Shown here: one piece after another, positions 30,119-39,671 of the stretch
Position numbering within the stretch: the stretch's first letter is position 1
Layout: each line of letters starts with the position of its first letter
Source of the DNA: Escherichia phage vB_EcoM_PD328
Direction: 5' to 3' (one strand)
Sequence record: ON922918
Length of the DNA stretch: 59,156 bases
Translations under genes and position numbers: made by a program
The notes under the pieces: generated by a model
The model's database searches: none
Told to the model about the DNA's origin: nothing
The model's input: the letters and a program-made list of their open reading frames with translations, nothing else

Positions 30119-30193
30119 AAACGCGTGGGGTAAAGGGGGTTTTCAAGCGGGACACGGGTTCCGCGCCCGCTTCACCCGAAGGGAGATTGCATT

Positions 30194-30499
30194 ATGTCCA
30201 TTATCTACTTACCGCGTTCTATGTCCCAGTCCATGATCACCAAACGTATTATCGGCAAGCGCCTGCACCAACTGGGCCTTACTGCGGAAAAGGTTAACGG
30301 GGATTGGGATTTCGACGAGTATCTGGTAATGCTCCCGGGCAACGAAAAATATTCCAGCACCGCGTTGTATATTCGCATTAACGAGGACGGCACTGTCAGC
30401 TCTTATAGCGTAATGTATGGTAGACCAGTATGTCAAGCGAATAGCCTTTGGTCTGTGTTCTGCTTTATTACAATGATAGCGAAAGCTATCCAACAATAA
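30194..30499 (+). CDS. hypothetical early protein (paralogue of the 32116 gene)
   Basis: 101 aa; shares SQSMITKRIIGKR with the 32116 protein (NQSMITRRIIGKR) and a conserved Y...DG.V...GR.V segment. Confidence 0.5.
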   Translation: MSIIYLPRSMSQSMITKRIIGKRLHQLGLTAEKVNGDWDFDEYLVMLPGNEKYSSTALYIRINEDGTVSSYSVMYGRPVCQANSLWSVFCFITMIAKAIQQ

Positions 30500-30575
30500 T
30501 AGCGTGCTAATGGTTGCCCATTGTTACAGTGGGCTCCCACTAGCAATCCGCTAGATCAACATGGAGATAATCACA

Positions 30576-31055
30576 ATGGTTACTATCACCCGCGTAGCAA
30601 AAGACGCTCGCTTTTTCACCAACATGTCTAACGCTCGCCGCGCCTTAAAAAAGGTTCTGGATGTAGACACTGCGACAGCTAATAGCTTTATTCACCAGGA
30701 ACCGCACGAGGACGGTGGCCGCTACTGGTTCAGCGAAAGCGCGGTTAATAAGGCAGCTAACGATCTGGTTGAAGCTGATAAAGCGACTGTCGTGGAAGTG
30801 ACCACACAACAAGCTCCAACCGCTCCCGTTAAAAGTAAAACGCGCAGCGAAACGCGCAACGGGGTCCGCCGGCCCATTAAAGGTAAATGCGCAGACGTTT
30901 GGAACGCTCTGGATAATATGTTGCCTAATGGTGTGCCAACTATTGGTAACGTCCGTGACCTTGCGAAAGCTAATGGTTGGAATATTAATAATGCAACGAT
31001 TGAATTCTACGCATGGCGTAAATTCCACGGGCTCAATAATAAAGGGGGTAACTAA
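30576..31055 (+). CDS. hypothetical protein
   Basis: 160 aa from the second ATG (GGAGA RBS); no recognised motif. Confidence 0.4.
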   Translation: MVTITRVAKDARFFTNMSNARRALKKVLDVDTATANSFIHQEPHEDGGRYWFSESAVNKAANDLVEADKATVVEVTTQQAPTAPVKSKTRSETRNGVRRPIKGKCADVWNALDNMLPNGVPTIGNVRDLAKANGWNINNATIEFYAWRKFHGLNNKGGN

Positions 31056-31133
31056 TTATGTTCTACTTATTAGCGTTCTTGGTATTCGGTGCTCCAATAG
31101 TTGCGGGTCTGTATTATACGGAGGGCAAATAAT

Positions 31134-31319
31134 ATGGAAACTATAGTTCTGAATTGCTGGGTTGACCTGGACGAACACGAATATTGCGTGAATATTAACA
31201 ACGGACCAGTCCCGGACGTGACTTTCGCATCCTATGACGAAATGGATGCGTATGTAAAAGGTTTCCGCGAGTGCGCTCGCATTGCAAATATTAACGTGAC
31301 TGTAATTTTACCGGAGTGA
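31134..31319 (+). CDS. hypothetical protein
   Basis: 61 aa from the ATG after a GAGG RBS. Confidence 0.3.
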   Translation: METIVLNCWVDLDEHEYCVNINNGPVPDVTFASYDEMDAYVKGFRECARIANINVTVILPE

Positions 31320-31324
31320 TTATC

Positions 31325-31591
31325 ATGCGTAAAGCTAACAAGAATTCTTTCGTTGAAATGGCTCGTGTTGTTCTCAACCGTCAGTCCTTCTACCTGTACC
31401 ACCGTCACGAATTTGATCTGTGGACTGAAGAGGAAACGTGCTGCCAGTACGAGATCCATACACGGAATGGTGTAATATTCACTTCCAGTAATTATCCGGA
31501 AGTTAAAGAATACTGGGACAAGCTGATCGCTGAAGCGTATGCTGAATTCCAGAAGCAAACTATTTACCCGATGGGCCTTCGCGCTGAGTAA
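31325..31591 (+). CDS. hypothetical protein
   Basis: 88 aa ORF, tightly packed. Confidence 0.35.
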   Translation: MRKANKNSFVEMARVVLNRQSFYLYHRHEFDLWTEEETCCQYEIHTRNGVIFTSSNYPEVKEYWDKLIAEAYAEFQKQTIYPMGLRAE

Positions 31592-31626
31592 TTATTAACG
31601 TCAACATAATTTAAGGAGTGACTATC

Positions 31627-31872
31627 ATGGCCCAAGCTATTATCACAAAATTCGTGAACCCAACTGCCGCTCGTGCTCCGCGCGTAAAAGCAACCGGCTG
31701 GAGCGGTTCTGTAACTATCACATGGCGTGACGATCTGGGCGTTTACGGCAACCACCGCGCAGCAGCGGAGGAGCTGATAAATAAGTTTAACGTTAAAGCG
31801 GGCGTTGAATTTGGGATCCTTGCTGGTGGTGAGCTCCCGGATCAAAGTGGTTACGCGTTTATCGTTCAATAA
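31627..31872 (+). CDS. hypothetical early protein (paralogue of the 32403 gene)
   Basis: 81 aa; AAGGAG RBS; shares a ...AAAEEL...N...ILAGGELPD pattern with the 32403 protein (AAAQELL...ILGVGTLPD). Confidence 0.45.
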   Translation: MAQAIITKFVNPTAARAPRVKATGWSGSVTITWRDDLGVYGNHRAAAEELINKFNVKAGVEFGILAGGELPDQSGYAFIVQ

Positions 31873-31882
31873 GGGGATAATC

Positions 31883-32047
31883 ATGGAACGCAACTATTTC
31901 CAGCTTATTTATCGCGGTCGTTGCTATCACATCCGCAACAAGTTTCGCAACCTGACCCGCGATCAACTTGAGTACGCTATTAATCTGGTTGGTGATGGTC
32001 ACTTCGCTACACTATCAGAAGCGTTAGAATATGTGTCCGCTGAGTGA
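31883..32047 (+). CDS. hypothetical small protein
   Basis: 54 aa from the ATG after an AAGGGG RBS. Confidence 0.3.
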   Translation: MERNYFQLIYRGRCYHIRNKFRNLTRDQLEYAINLVGDGHFATLSEALEYVSAE

Positions 32048-32115
32048 CATATACATTGCCCATAGTAACAGTGGGCAATAATATGCACTTCGCATAGTTA
32101 ACTGAGGAAACTATT

Positions 32116-32373
32116 ATGTCTACAATATTAAACCAGTCCATGATCACTCGTCGCATTATTGGAAAACGTATAGCTAATCTTGCGACTATCACCGCAGAGC
32201 TGGAAACTTTCGGTAATAACGCGCGCAAATATCGCGTCCGTTGCAATGGTCTTAACGTTTATTTAACAGTGTTCAACGACGGTAGAGTTCACGCGGAACT
32301 GCATACTATGGGCCGCCTGGTTGCAACCGCGTCCACGCTGGTGGGCTTCATCAACCTGTTAAAAAGCTGCTAA
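32116..32373 (+). CDS. hypothetical early protein (paralogue of the 30194 gene)
   Basis: 85 aa; N-terminal motif NQSMITRRIIGKR shared with the 30194 protein. Confidence 0.5.
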   Translation: MSTILNQSMITRRIIGKRIANLATITAELETFGNNARKYRVRCNGLNVYLTVFNDGRVHAELHTMGRLVATASTLVGFINLLKSC

Positions 32374-32402
32374 CTTTTAAAATTGTAACGGAGGTAAATA
32401 AT

Positions 32403-32651
32403 ATGAACGCTATCCATGTCAAAGCACTAGCACCGACTCAATCCAAAGGTATGCGCTTCAAAGCGGTCGGCCTCGGTATGTGCGCAGTAACTGCAAACGA
32501 CTACAACCTCAACGGTGAAGCGAACGCGGCTGCCGCTGCCCAGGAGTTACTGGACAACTACAATATGCAGAACCAGTCGCTTCAACTTAAAATACTTGGA
32601 GTTGGTACGCTTCCAGATAATACCTGGGCGGTACTATTAACCTGTAAATAA
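32403..32651 (+). CDS. hypothetical early protein (paralogue of the 31627 gene)
   Basis: 82 aa; conserved pattern shared with the 31627 protein. Confidence 0.45.
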   Translation: MNAIHVKALAPTQSKGMRFKAVGLGMCAVTANDYNLNGEANAAAAAQELLDNYNMQNQSLQLKILGVGTLPDNTWAVLLTCK

Positions 32652-33689
32652 CTTCTAACTGCATTATATAATCCGCGCCCTGTTGAAGTCCAACGGGGCG
32701 CTTTCGTTTTTGTACCCGCACCACCTCCCCGCGCTACCCTGCTGACCACATGTTACTCACCCATAACTCCACCATTCGCGCTCTAAGAGCGTAAACCCTT
32801 CCTCCGTATATTACCATTGACACAAATATAGTCGCCTTATACGCGCTTACAGCGATCCACTCCCTGCATCCCTGTACGCGATTTGGGGGCATTTTCACCC
32901 CTCGCTGCCACCCTTACACCGATCCAACCGCTTTATCGCGCTACGTGCCCCGTTTTCGCGGCTATTTTCGCTTTATGGGCGACCCGCTACACCGATCTCA
33001 GCCACCCAACCTCACCGAAAAGCCACCTTTCACCGAAAAATCCGGCATTTATACCATAAAATAGAATCGTTTTCGGGCTACAAAATTTCAAACTCAAAAA
33101 TCCGATTCGCTCCGAGAGTCACTTCAACAAAAATCGCTTGCAATCCAATTTTATTTTGTGTTAGACGCACGGGCACGCATTATGCGCAGGCGCCAGGCTC
33201 TGCCCTGTCTACTGACGAGCCAAATTTATAAAGTTCATAAATTCGTATATTTTCGCGTAATATACGAAATGAAAGGAGGTAAGTGCATGAAAAATAAGGT
33301 AAAAATGTGTATATGTGTGTATTTATATAAATTTTATAAAGATTTTTTGTTTTTTGAGTTGTCTACTGACGACCCTACGAGACCCCTTTATAAAATTTAT
33401 AAATTCACACGTTCCCCCCAACCCTCAAAATTTTCCCTTGTTTTTCATACACTTCGCTTCGCCGTTTCGTATATTGCTGGGTCTTTATAAATTGTGCATT
33501 TTTTCACCGATCTTTATAAATGTACAATTTCTCACCTTCAGACTGTTGTAATTTTTGCAAAAGCAAAAACTTTGCATATACAAAACACCGCAAAACATCA
33601 CAGTTGCAAATAGCAAAAACTTTGCATAAATTAAAACTTGGCAACTGAATTTCAAAATCAGTCGATTTATTATTATCAAGGGTGAGGTT
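32652..33689. repeat. about 1 kb non-coding repeat-rich region (candidate replication origin or regulatory/ncRNA locus)
   Basis: No credible ORF on either strand; GC-rich left part with repeated ACACCGATC and CACCGAAAA motifs; AT-rich right part with at least 7 copies of TTTATAAA-type palindromes and two copies of GCAAAAACTTTGCATA. Confidence 0.5.
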
Positions 33690-34310
33690 ATGCGCAATCG
33701 TAAAATTGAAATAACACACGCACACGTACAAGAAATGTTCGGTTACGACGAAGTGATGTACGCCAAAGCGGTAGCTATATTAGAGCAACATAATGATAGC
33801 CTAAGTAATGTGGTCAAAGCATGGAAGGAGGCTGGCCTCGTGTTGCGGCCGAATGCGGTCAAGACGCTGGACGACGGGCGGAAGTATATGTGCTGGTCGG
33901 CTCCGGTGTTGGGGATGATGTTCACTATCGACATCTACTTCGCATACTGGTTGTTAGAGGTGGATTGTGTGATTCCGCTCGACAAGTATATGCGCAGTAA
34001 AGGGTTCAATAGTTGCTTTGATGTTTGCTCTGACACGGAAGGTAACGGTGTTATGATCCTGGGCTTTAAGTGGGTGGATGATAAGTGTGAAATAAGGCCG
34101 CTGCGATATCCACGTGGTAAAGCGCGTCGTGCATATATCGAAGACGGTATTGTTCATTGGTGCAATGTAACGAAGCGTCGAATTAGCACTAACCACATTG
34201 CTCATATCAAAGAGTGCCTCGTTAGACTTCAGACGAATAATAGTGGTAATGTGCAGTTACAGAAAGAATTGCAAGAACTCATTGAGTACATTGATCAGTT
34301 CGGAGCGTGA
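33690..34310 (+). CDS. hypothetical protein
   Basis: 206 aa ORF, Cys-rich, no recognised motif. Confidence 0.45.
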   Translation: MRNRKIEITHAHVQEMFGYDEVMYAKAVAILEQHNDSLSNVVKAWKEAGLVLRPNAVKTLDDGRKYMCWSAPVLGMMFTIDIYFAYWLLEVDCVIPLDKYMRSKGFNSCFDVCSDTEGNGVMILGFKWVDDKCEIRPLRYPRGKARRAYIEDGIVHWCNVTKRRISTNHIAHIKECLVRLQTNNSGNVQLQKELQELIEYIDQFGA

Positions 34311-34311
34311 G

Positions 34312-34581
34312 ATGGCTGACAAACAAGATCTGCTTCCTAAGTGGTATCCAGATTATCGTAAGTCGGATACTTTGATGCGTATTCAGTTTATCTTGGATCA
34401 CCAGACTGACTTTTCATTGCATTTAAGGGAAGAGCTCAAAGAAACGGATGTGAAGAACCTGTGGGCCATTAAGAAACGTCTTCGTTTACGGAAACATCTT
34501 GATGACCTGCATAAAGTTATGCAGAAACTTATACGGTACATAATCCGTATTGAACAATCGCGTGAGATTTGGAGGAAGTGA
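34312..34581 (+). CDS. hypothetical protein
   Basis: 89 aa from the ATG after a GGAG RBS. Confidence 0.35.
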   Translation: MADKQDLLPKWYPDYRKSDTLMRIQFILDHQTDFSLHLREELKETDVKNLWAIKKRLRLRKHLDDLHKVMQKLIRYIIRIEQSREIWRK

Positions 34582-34586
34582 CGAGA

Positions 34587-34919
34587 ATGATTAAGTTAAA
34601 ATGGTACGTGGATCCTGAGCCGACAGGGCCATACAGGTCTTTCCAACGTAGAGGATGGCCGACTTGTTACAATGGTAATCCTGATAAAGAAGATTGCGAT
34701 GTGCTTGCAACCATTGTTAGTCTTAACCGTGATGGGTATGAAGGTTATTACGCAAGGGCGACTGACTTACGTCTGAAAGTCCGTATATACTTCAAGGTTG
34801 GCGGAGAACACCGCACGGGACTCTCTAAAGAAGAGTTCAGTAGCATTGCTGAAGCAAAGGCGTGGCTTAAAACCTTCTACAAGAATAACCCTCAATACTA
34901 TCCATTTAAGGAGAAGTAA
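34587..34919 (+). CDS. hypothetical protein
   Basis: 110 aa from the ATG after a GGAGG RBS. Confidence 0.4.
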   Translation: MIKLKWYVDPEPTGPYRSFQRRGWPTCYNGNPDKEDCDVLATIVSLNRDGYEGYYARATDLRLKVRIYFKVGGEHRTGLSKEEFSSIAEAKAWLKTFYKNNPQYYPFKEK

Positions 34920-35269
34920 TGGAAACGGTAAGCAATTCACCTTTATATAAAGCAAAGGTGCGACTCCTTGAACAAGCTAAACAAGCAAGCCTGCATACAA
35001 ATCCTGATTTACTTGACGCTATTGTGAATGCGATGGAAGTTATGGACGCGGCGGACTTCCTGCTGCATCGTGTGTCGCACGTCGCCAAGGCTTTAGGTTA
35101 CACGGGTAATGTCGAAGATTTTCAAAGTGCGTTCGAATACCTTATGCGTAACCGCGAGAAGGCGCTGGTGGTGGATCGTCAATATCAACTTATCAAAAAT
35201 AAATCGAAGGTCGAACGTCTACTTCGTGAGACTTTGGAAATAGTAACGGGAGGTGAAGATGCAAATTAA
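34919..35269 (+). CDS. hypothetical protein
   Basis: 116 aa ORF with overlapping stop/start to its neighbour. Confidence 0.4.
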   Translation: METVSNSPLYKAKVRLLEQAKQASLHTNPDLLDAIVNAMEVMDAADFLLHRVSHVAKALGYTGNVEDFQSAFEYLMRNREKALVVDRQYQLIKNKSKVERLLRETLEIVTGGEDAN

Positions 35270-35645
35270 TCTTACTCAGAAGGCTGTGCGATACTTCGGT
35301 GAAGTGTTCTTTGTTCCAGTGTGGGCGAAATACCTTGCGGTAGACGAGGACGGTACTTTAACTGCATTTGAGAATGAACCTCAGTGGTGTGAGTGTATTG
35401 ACGGCGATGGTTTTTGGGTATTGACCGAGCCAGGTATTGAAATCGACATCTGCTATAACGTAGATCTTGAAGGCATGGACTTCAAAGAAACGTGTGTTAA
35501 TATAGACTATAAAGTAAGCGACAATCCTCATGACCACACTGAATGGTTCGAGCGTATGCGCAAAGGTGAATATAAGCGCGAATTCCTTGGAGAATGTACA
35601 TCAGAATGTGGTCAACTGAATAAAGAAGGTGATAAGGATGAGTAA
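35259..35645 (+). CDS. hypothetical protein
   Basis: 128 aa from the ATG after a GGGAGG RBS. Confidence 0.4.
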   Translation: MQINLTQKAVRYFGEVFFVPVWAKYLAVDEDGTLTAFENEPQWCECIDGDGFWVLTEPGIEIDICYNVDLEGMDFKETCVNIDYKVSDNPHDHTEWFERMRKGEYKREFLGECTSECGQLNKEGDKDE

Positions 35646-35853
35646 AGAACTCCAGACTCCGTTAACCCAAGAAGAAATCGATATTCTTCAGACCGACATC
35701 CTTACTTTATGCAAGCGTATTAAAGACGCGTATGAAGAAGGATTATTTGATAAGCAATGGAACCAGGAAGTTCAGACAGATGAACAACTGTGGAACGCGT
35801 CTACTGCGAAACTTATCCATGACGCATTGATCAAACAAGCTATGGAGCAATAA
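35638..35853 (+). CDS. hypothetical protein
   Basis: 71 aa from the ATG at residue 4 of the track ORF. Confidence 0.35.
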   Translation: MSKELQTPLTQEEIDILQTDILTLCKRIKDAYEEGLFDKQWNQEVQTDEQLWNASTAKLIHDALIKQAMEQ

Positions 35854-35855
35854 TT

Positions 35856-36125
35856 ATGATTACAGCACAAGAAGCTCGTACAAATAGTGAAAACTTGGAT
35901 ACCAGTGCATATCTTGATGATTTGGATAAATGGATTACTAAAGCGTCTCTAGATGGCAGGGATCATATTAAATTATTTAAAAAGCCATATAGTGAAATTG
36001 GTAGTCCTAATGCACGTCCTGTAATGAGAAAGGTGACTGAACAACTGGTATCATTTGGATATACGATCTCATATAAGCAACCATTGAGTCAGATGGATAC
36101 TGAAAGTGTAGAAATTTTATGGTAA
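35856..36125 (+). CDS. hypothetical protein
   Basis: 89 aa ORF. Confidence 0.35.
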   Translation: MITAQEARTNSENLDTSAYLDDLDKWITKASLDGRDHIKLFKKPYSEIGSPNARPVMRKVTEQLVSFGYTISYKQPLSQMDTESVEILW

Positions 36126-36140
36126 TTGTGAAGGTAATAT

Positions 36141-36539
36141 ATGCTAGTCAAACTCGTTGTTGATGTTAAATTTGAAGAACCAATTAAAGGTCAAAATATC
36201 CATACTTTGGAAATTGGCTCTTTTAATACCGATAAATTAATCAAAGGGAAGCTACCTGCTTTAGACTTACCGTGTGATATTGACCACAGACTACCAGCTG
36301 AGTCAACCGCTAAAGTCCGTGGAAATGGGCGTATCCTGTCTTTTGCTGATTCTATGAAAGATTGGGAAGATTTAAAATTTATTGTTAGCGCACGTATATT
36401 AAAGACCGAATATAAAGTAGCTTCTGATAATTATATGAAACACTTTTATCCGAGAATAATTTTTAAAGATCGTATAAATATCTCTAAAGAAGAGATAACG
36501 TGCCAACCTATCGCTTGTCGCTGGGTCTTAGTACCATAA
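36141..36539 (+). CDS. hypothetical protein
   Basis: 132 aa ORF. Confidence 0.35.
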   Translation: MLVKLVVDVKFEEPIKGQNIHTLEIGSFNTDKLIKGKLPALDLPCDIDHRLPAESTAKVRGNGRILSFADSMKDWEDLKFIVSARILKTEYKVASDNYMKHFYPRIIFKDRINISKEEITCQPIACRWVLVP

Positions 36540-36612
36540 TCTGCAGGGGGTTAACCCCCTGCGATCCATCAGTATATACTATGTGTGTCCTAATGGATCG
36601 TAGGAGAATAAC

Positions 36613-36849
36613 ATGTCAGATTTAATTACCGTTCACTATTATGGTTCAGATGTAGAAGTACCAAAAGACACAAGATATATTGCAACAGATTCTGATGGTT
36701 GCGTGTACGCATTTAATAATGACAAGCCCGTCTTTAATGAAAAGGTCGGTACATGGTGTGTTTACACGAATTCTTTTAAGCTGGTAGATGTTAACTTTGA
36801 TGTTGTACCATCCCGTTCGTTATTTGAAATTAATCCCGCTACGTTTTAA
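36613..36849 (+). CDS. hypothetical protein
   Basis: 78 aa ORF. Confidence 0.35.
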   Translation: MSDLITVHYYGSDVEVPKDTRYIATDSDGCVYAFNNDKPVFNEKVGTWCVYTNSFKLVDVNFDVVPSRSLFEINPATF

Positions 36850-36858
36850 GGTAATAAC

Positions 36859-39408
36859 ATGCTGGAACTTTTTCCTCAAGAAATTAAACAATACGAACAG
36901 TGGGCTGTCTGCGGTTTTCATCCAGGTACATCATCAGAAAAACAACCTTATGTATGGGACGATGATTTAGGGGATATGGTCCCACTTCGTAAAGACGGCA
37001 ACGATAAAAAACCGTCTAACTTGCATTTACTAATGTCCTTTGAAGATGCGGAACGTTGTATTCGTTACTATAACGAAATCGGTCATAATCTGCGTCTAGG
37101 TTTCTATCTACTTCCAAGTGATCCGTTCTGTTGTATAGACATGGATATTAAAGACACCATGTCTGAAATGGAAAAGAAAGTTGCTGGCGAGCGATATAAG
37201 AAGATTGTTGAATCGTTCCACAGTTATACGGAAATTTCCAGAAGCGGTGATGGGTTGCATACATGGATTTATTCCATCCCTCAAGCTGGTAAGCGCCGTG
37301 ATGGTGTAGAGGTATATTCGCAGTATCGCTTTATTATCTGTACAGGTGATCACTGGGATGTTACTCCGCGTACTGTGTCCGGTGCTCCAGGTAGTGAAAG
37401 CGAAGGATATATTGCTAATCTCATTCATCAACTTATGTCAGAGATGAGTGAAATTAATGAATCCGATGGCTTCCAAATGTTGGAACTTACTGAAGAAGAT
37501 TTCAGTAATGATCCATATGCAATGGAGGATCAGGATGTTTATATCCAGTTATGCGAACAAGAAAACGGAACGTTGTTTAAACAGCTATGGGAAGGTCGTT
37601 GGAGAGCTGAAGAAGTTGATACTTCTATCGGTGAACGCTGTTTCCCTTCTCAGTCTGAAGCAGAATTTGCATTAATTGACTTTCTTTGCTTTAAGAGTAA
37701 GTACAATTTCCAGGTAAGACGTCTATTCATGTATTCACCAATGAGTAGTCGTTACGATGATTCACGTCGTATGCCTGGTGAAAAAATTAAGCGTCCGTAC
37801 CACCTGGATAGAATGATTCGCAACTATCGCTACGATGCCCATGTTAAATCTATGGGACTTATGCAGATAGTTCAGAATAACGTTAATGCAGCTATAGAGC
37901 GCACGGAGAAACTGCGTCAGGCAACTACACCAGAACGCCCACCTGAAGAGGTGTTGACCACAGATGGTAATTACACTGAAGAACAGGCAGACGGTTTAGC
38001 TTGGCCTCCAGGATTTATGGGCGAGGTTGCTCGTAATATGTATAAAGCGAGCTTGTTGCCTATTAAAGACATTAGTATTCTGTCTGCTCTTGCTTTATTT
38101 AGTGGTATGTGCGGTAAGGCGTGGAACACAGTTACACGAAGCGGTCTGAACAACTACTTTGTATTAATTGCACGTTCTGGTATTGGTAAAGAAGCGTTTC
38201 GCTCTAACATTGAAACCATTCTTTCTCAGGTGTCCAATTATGGCGGTCAGGACGGCCAGCAGATATTCGGTATTGAACGTGTTTTAGATACTAGTACCTA
38301 TGCGTCTGATGCTGCATTGCGCAAAGACGTCATTATGGATACATCGGTTATGTCTTGTGGCTCATCCATTAACTATAAGACTGAAGTCGGCGCGTTTTTC
38401 CGTAACGGTAAGATGGAAGTCGGTAAAGCTAAAGATATTATGGATGAAATGCTTTCCCTTTACGATAAGGGGCATTTCTATGCTTTCTCTGGTGGTTCAA
38501 AGCACTCTAGCAAAGATAATACAACCGCTGGTGGTAAGGTCAAGGCATATAGTTTTGCAGGTGAAACTACACCGGATGAATTTTACGGGAACGTTGATGA
38601 CCGCATGATGTCGAGTGGTTTTATGTCTCGTATTATTGCATGGGAATGTACAGCTAACAGGCCACTAATGAATAAGAGTATGCTCCTGGAATATCCAGAA
38701 GCAATTCTGCGCACTATTGGAGCTATCTATAAACAAGCTGTGCGTATTATGTCAGGGACTGCTCCATGTTATGTTGAAATGGAAGCAGAGGTACACGAAG
38801 CGTTTGATAACCTTGATAATGTTGTTGCGAAGTTCCTGAATAGCGGTAATGACGGTGAACAGGTACAGGATGAAGTAATTCGTCAGATGTACACAAGAAA
38901 GGCGTTGAAGGTATTGCGTATCGCCTCCCTTCTTGCTGTAGCGGATAACAGTGAGCGTCCTATTGTTACTATGGAACATTATCGTTGGGCTGAGTCATTT
39001 ATTGATCAGGGTAACGAGCGTTTCTTAGAGAAGCGTAATAGTGGGCAGATTGGCTCTACAGATAGTACCAGTCGTGAGAAAATAATGCTCAACTCTATCA
39101 AGAAGTTCTTGGATGGGGAAGTTAAAGCTGGCGTGTATAAACGGTTCCCGATGTTCAAGGGTGCGTTTATTGTTGCACGGAGTGACTTATGTACTTATTG
39201 TAGACAATTTAAAGCGTTCAAGCAGACAAGAAATGACAACATCCTGCAAGTCATAGACAATACAATCTATGGTTTAATGTCTATGGAAGTTCTTACTGAG
39301 ATGAGGCCAATGGACTTTTCAAGTTTCTTCGGTGCTGAGTTTACACCACCGAGAATGAAATGTTATTTGGTAGACATTGAAAGAATGAACGAGATTATTA
39401 AGTTATAA
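36859..39408 (+). CDS. DNA primase, AEP/PrimPol-like, with large C-terminal domain (putative primase-helicase)
   Basis: 849 aa; N-terminal region has a DxD-type motif (FCCIDMDIKD) typical of archaeo-eukaryotic primase folds; central degenerate P-loop-like ARSGIGKE; largest protein of the replication block. Confidence 0.45.
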   Translation: MLELFPQEIKQYEQWAVCGFHPGTSSEKQPYVWDDDLGDMVPLRKDGNDKKPSNLHLLMSFEDAERCIRYYNEIGHNLRLGFYLLPSDPFCCIDMDIKDTMSEMEKKVAGERYKKIVESFHSYTEISRSGDGLHTWIYSIPQAGKRRDGVEVYSQYRFIICTGDHWDVTPRTVSGAPGSESEGYIANLIHQLMSEMSEINESDGFQMLELTEEDFSNDPYAMEDQDVYIQLCEQENGTLFKQLWEGRWRAEEVDTSIGERCFPSQSEAEFALIDFLCFKSKYNFQVRRLFMYSPMSSRYDDSRRMPGEKIKRPYHLDRMIRNYRYDAHVKSMGLMQIVQNNVNAAIERTEKLRQATTPERPPEEVLTTDGNYTEEQADGLAWPPGFMGEVARNMYKASLLPIKDISILSALALFSGMCGKAWNTVTRSGLNNYFVLIARSGIGKEAFRSNIETILSQVSNYGGQDGQQIFGIERVLDTSTYASDAALRKDVIMDTSVMSCGSSINYKTEVGAFFRNGKMEVGKAKDIMDEMLSLYDKGHFYAFSGGSKHSSKDNTTAGGKVKAYSFAGETTPDEFYGNVDDRMMSSGFMSRIIAWECTANRPLMNKSMLLEYPEAILRTIGAIYKQAVRIMSGTAPCYVEMEAEVHEAFDNLDNVVAKFLNSGNDGEQVQDEVIRQMYTRKALKVLRIASLLAVADNSERPIVTMEHYRWAESFIDQGNERFLEKRNSGQIGSTDSTSREKIMLNSIKKFLDGEVKAGVYKRFPMFKGAFIVARSDLCTYCRQFKAFKQTRNDNILQVIDNTIYGLMSMEVLTEMRPMDFSSFFGAEFTPPRMKCYLVDIERMNEIIKL

Positions 39409-39445
39409 AAAAAAAATGGGCGCTATATGCGCCCATTATATTATT
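39407..39445. terminator. bidirectional rho-independent terminator
   Basis: A10 run, TGGGCGC-TATAT-GCGCCCA hairpin, then T/A-rich tail; between convergent stops at 39408 (+) and 39441 (-). Confidence 0.65.
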
Positions 39446-39671
39446 CATGCAATTCTAAGAAACCGCATACGACATATTCAAACATTTCATCATAATCCGG
39501 TGTTGAAAAGTCTCCAACGTGATACTCACCTTTCTCAAACGTAACCACAGTTGAAGAGTTCATGTATGTGTACTTAATCTTGTGAGTTCCGTCTATGCAG
39601 TTGTGTGAGAATTCCTCTGACTTGTTCATTGCATTTCTGATGTTTCTTTTTACAAGATCTTGGTGAGTCAT
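39441..39671 (-). CDS. hypothetical protein (isolated minus-strand gene within the plus-strand block)
   Basis: 76 aa ORF ending at the bidirectional terminator. Confidence 0.35.
   Translation of the reverse strand: MTHQDLVKRNIRNAMNKSEEFSHNCIDGTHKIKYTYMNSSTVVTFEKGEYHVGDFSTPDYDEMFEYVVCGFLELHE

Noticed and set aside
32652-33689. tRNA genes in the large non-coding region
   Set aside because: No T-loop (GTTCRANYC-like) or cloverleaf-compatible segment seen by eye; a tRNA scan would be needed to exclude this fully.
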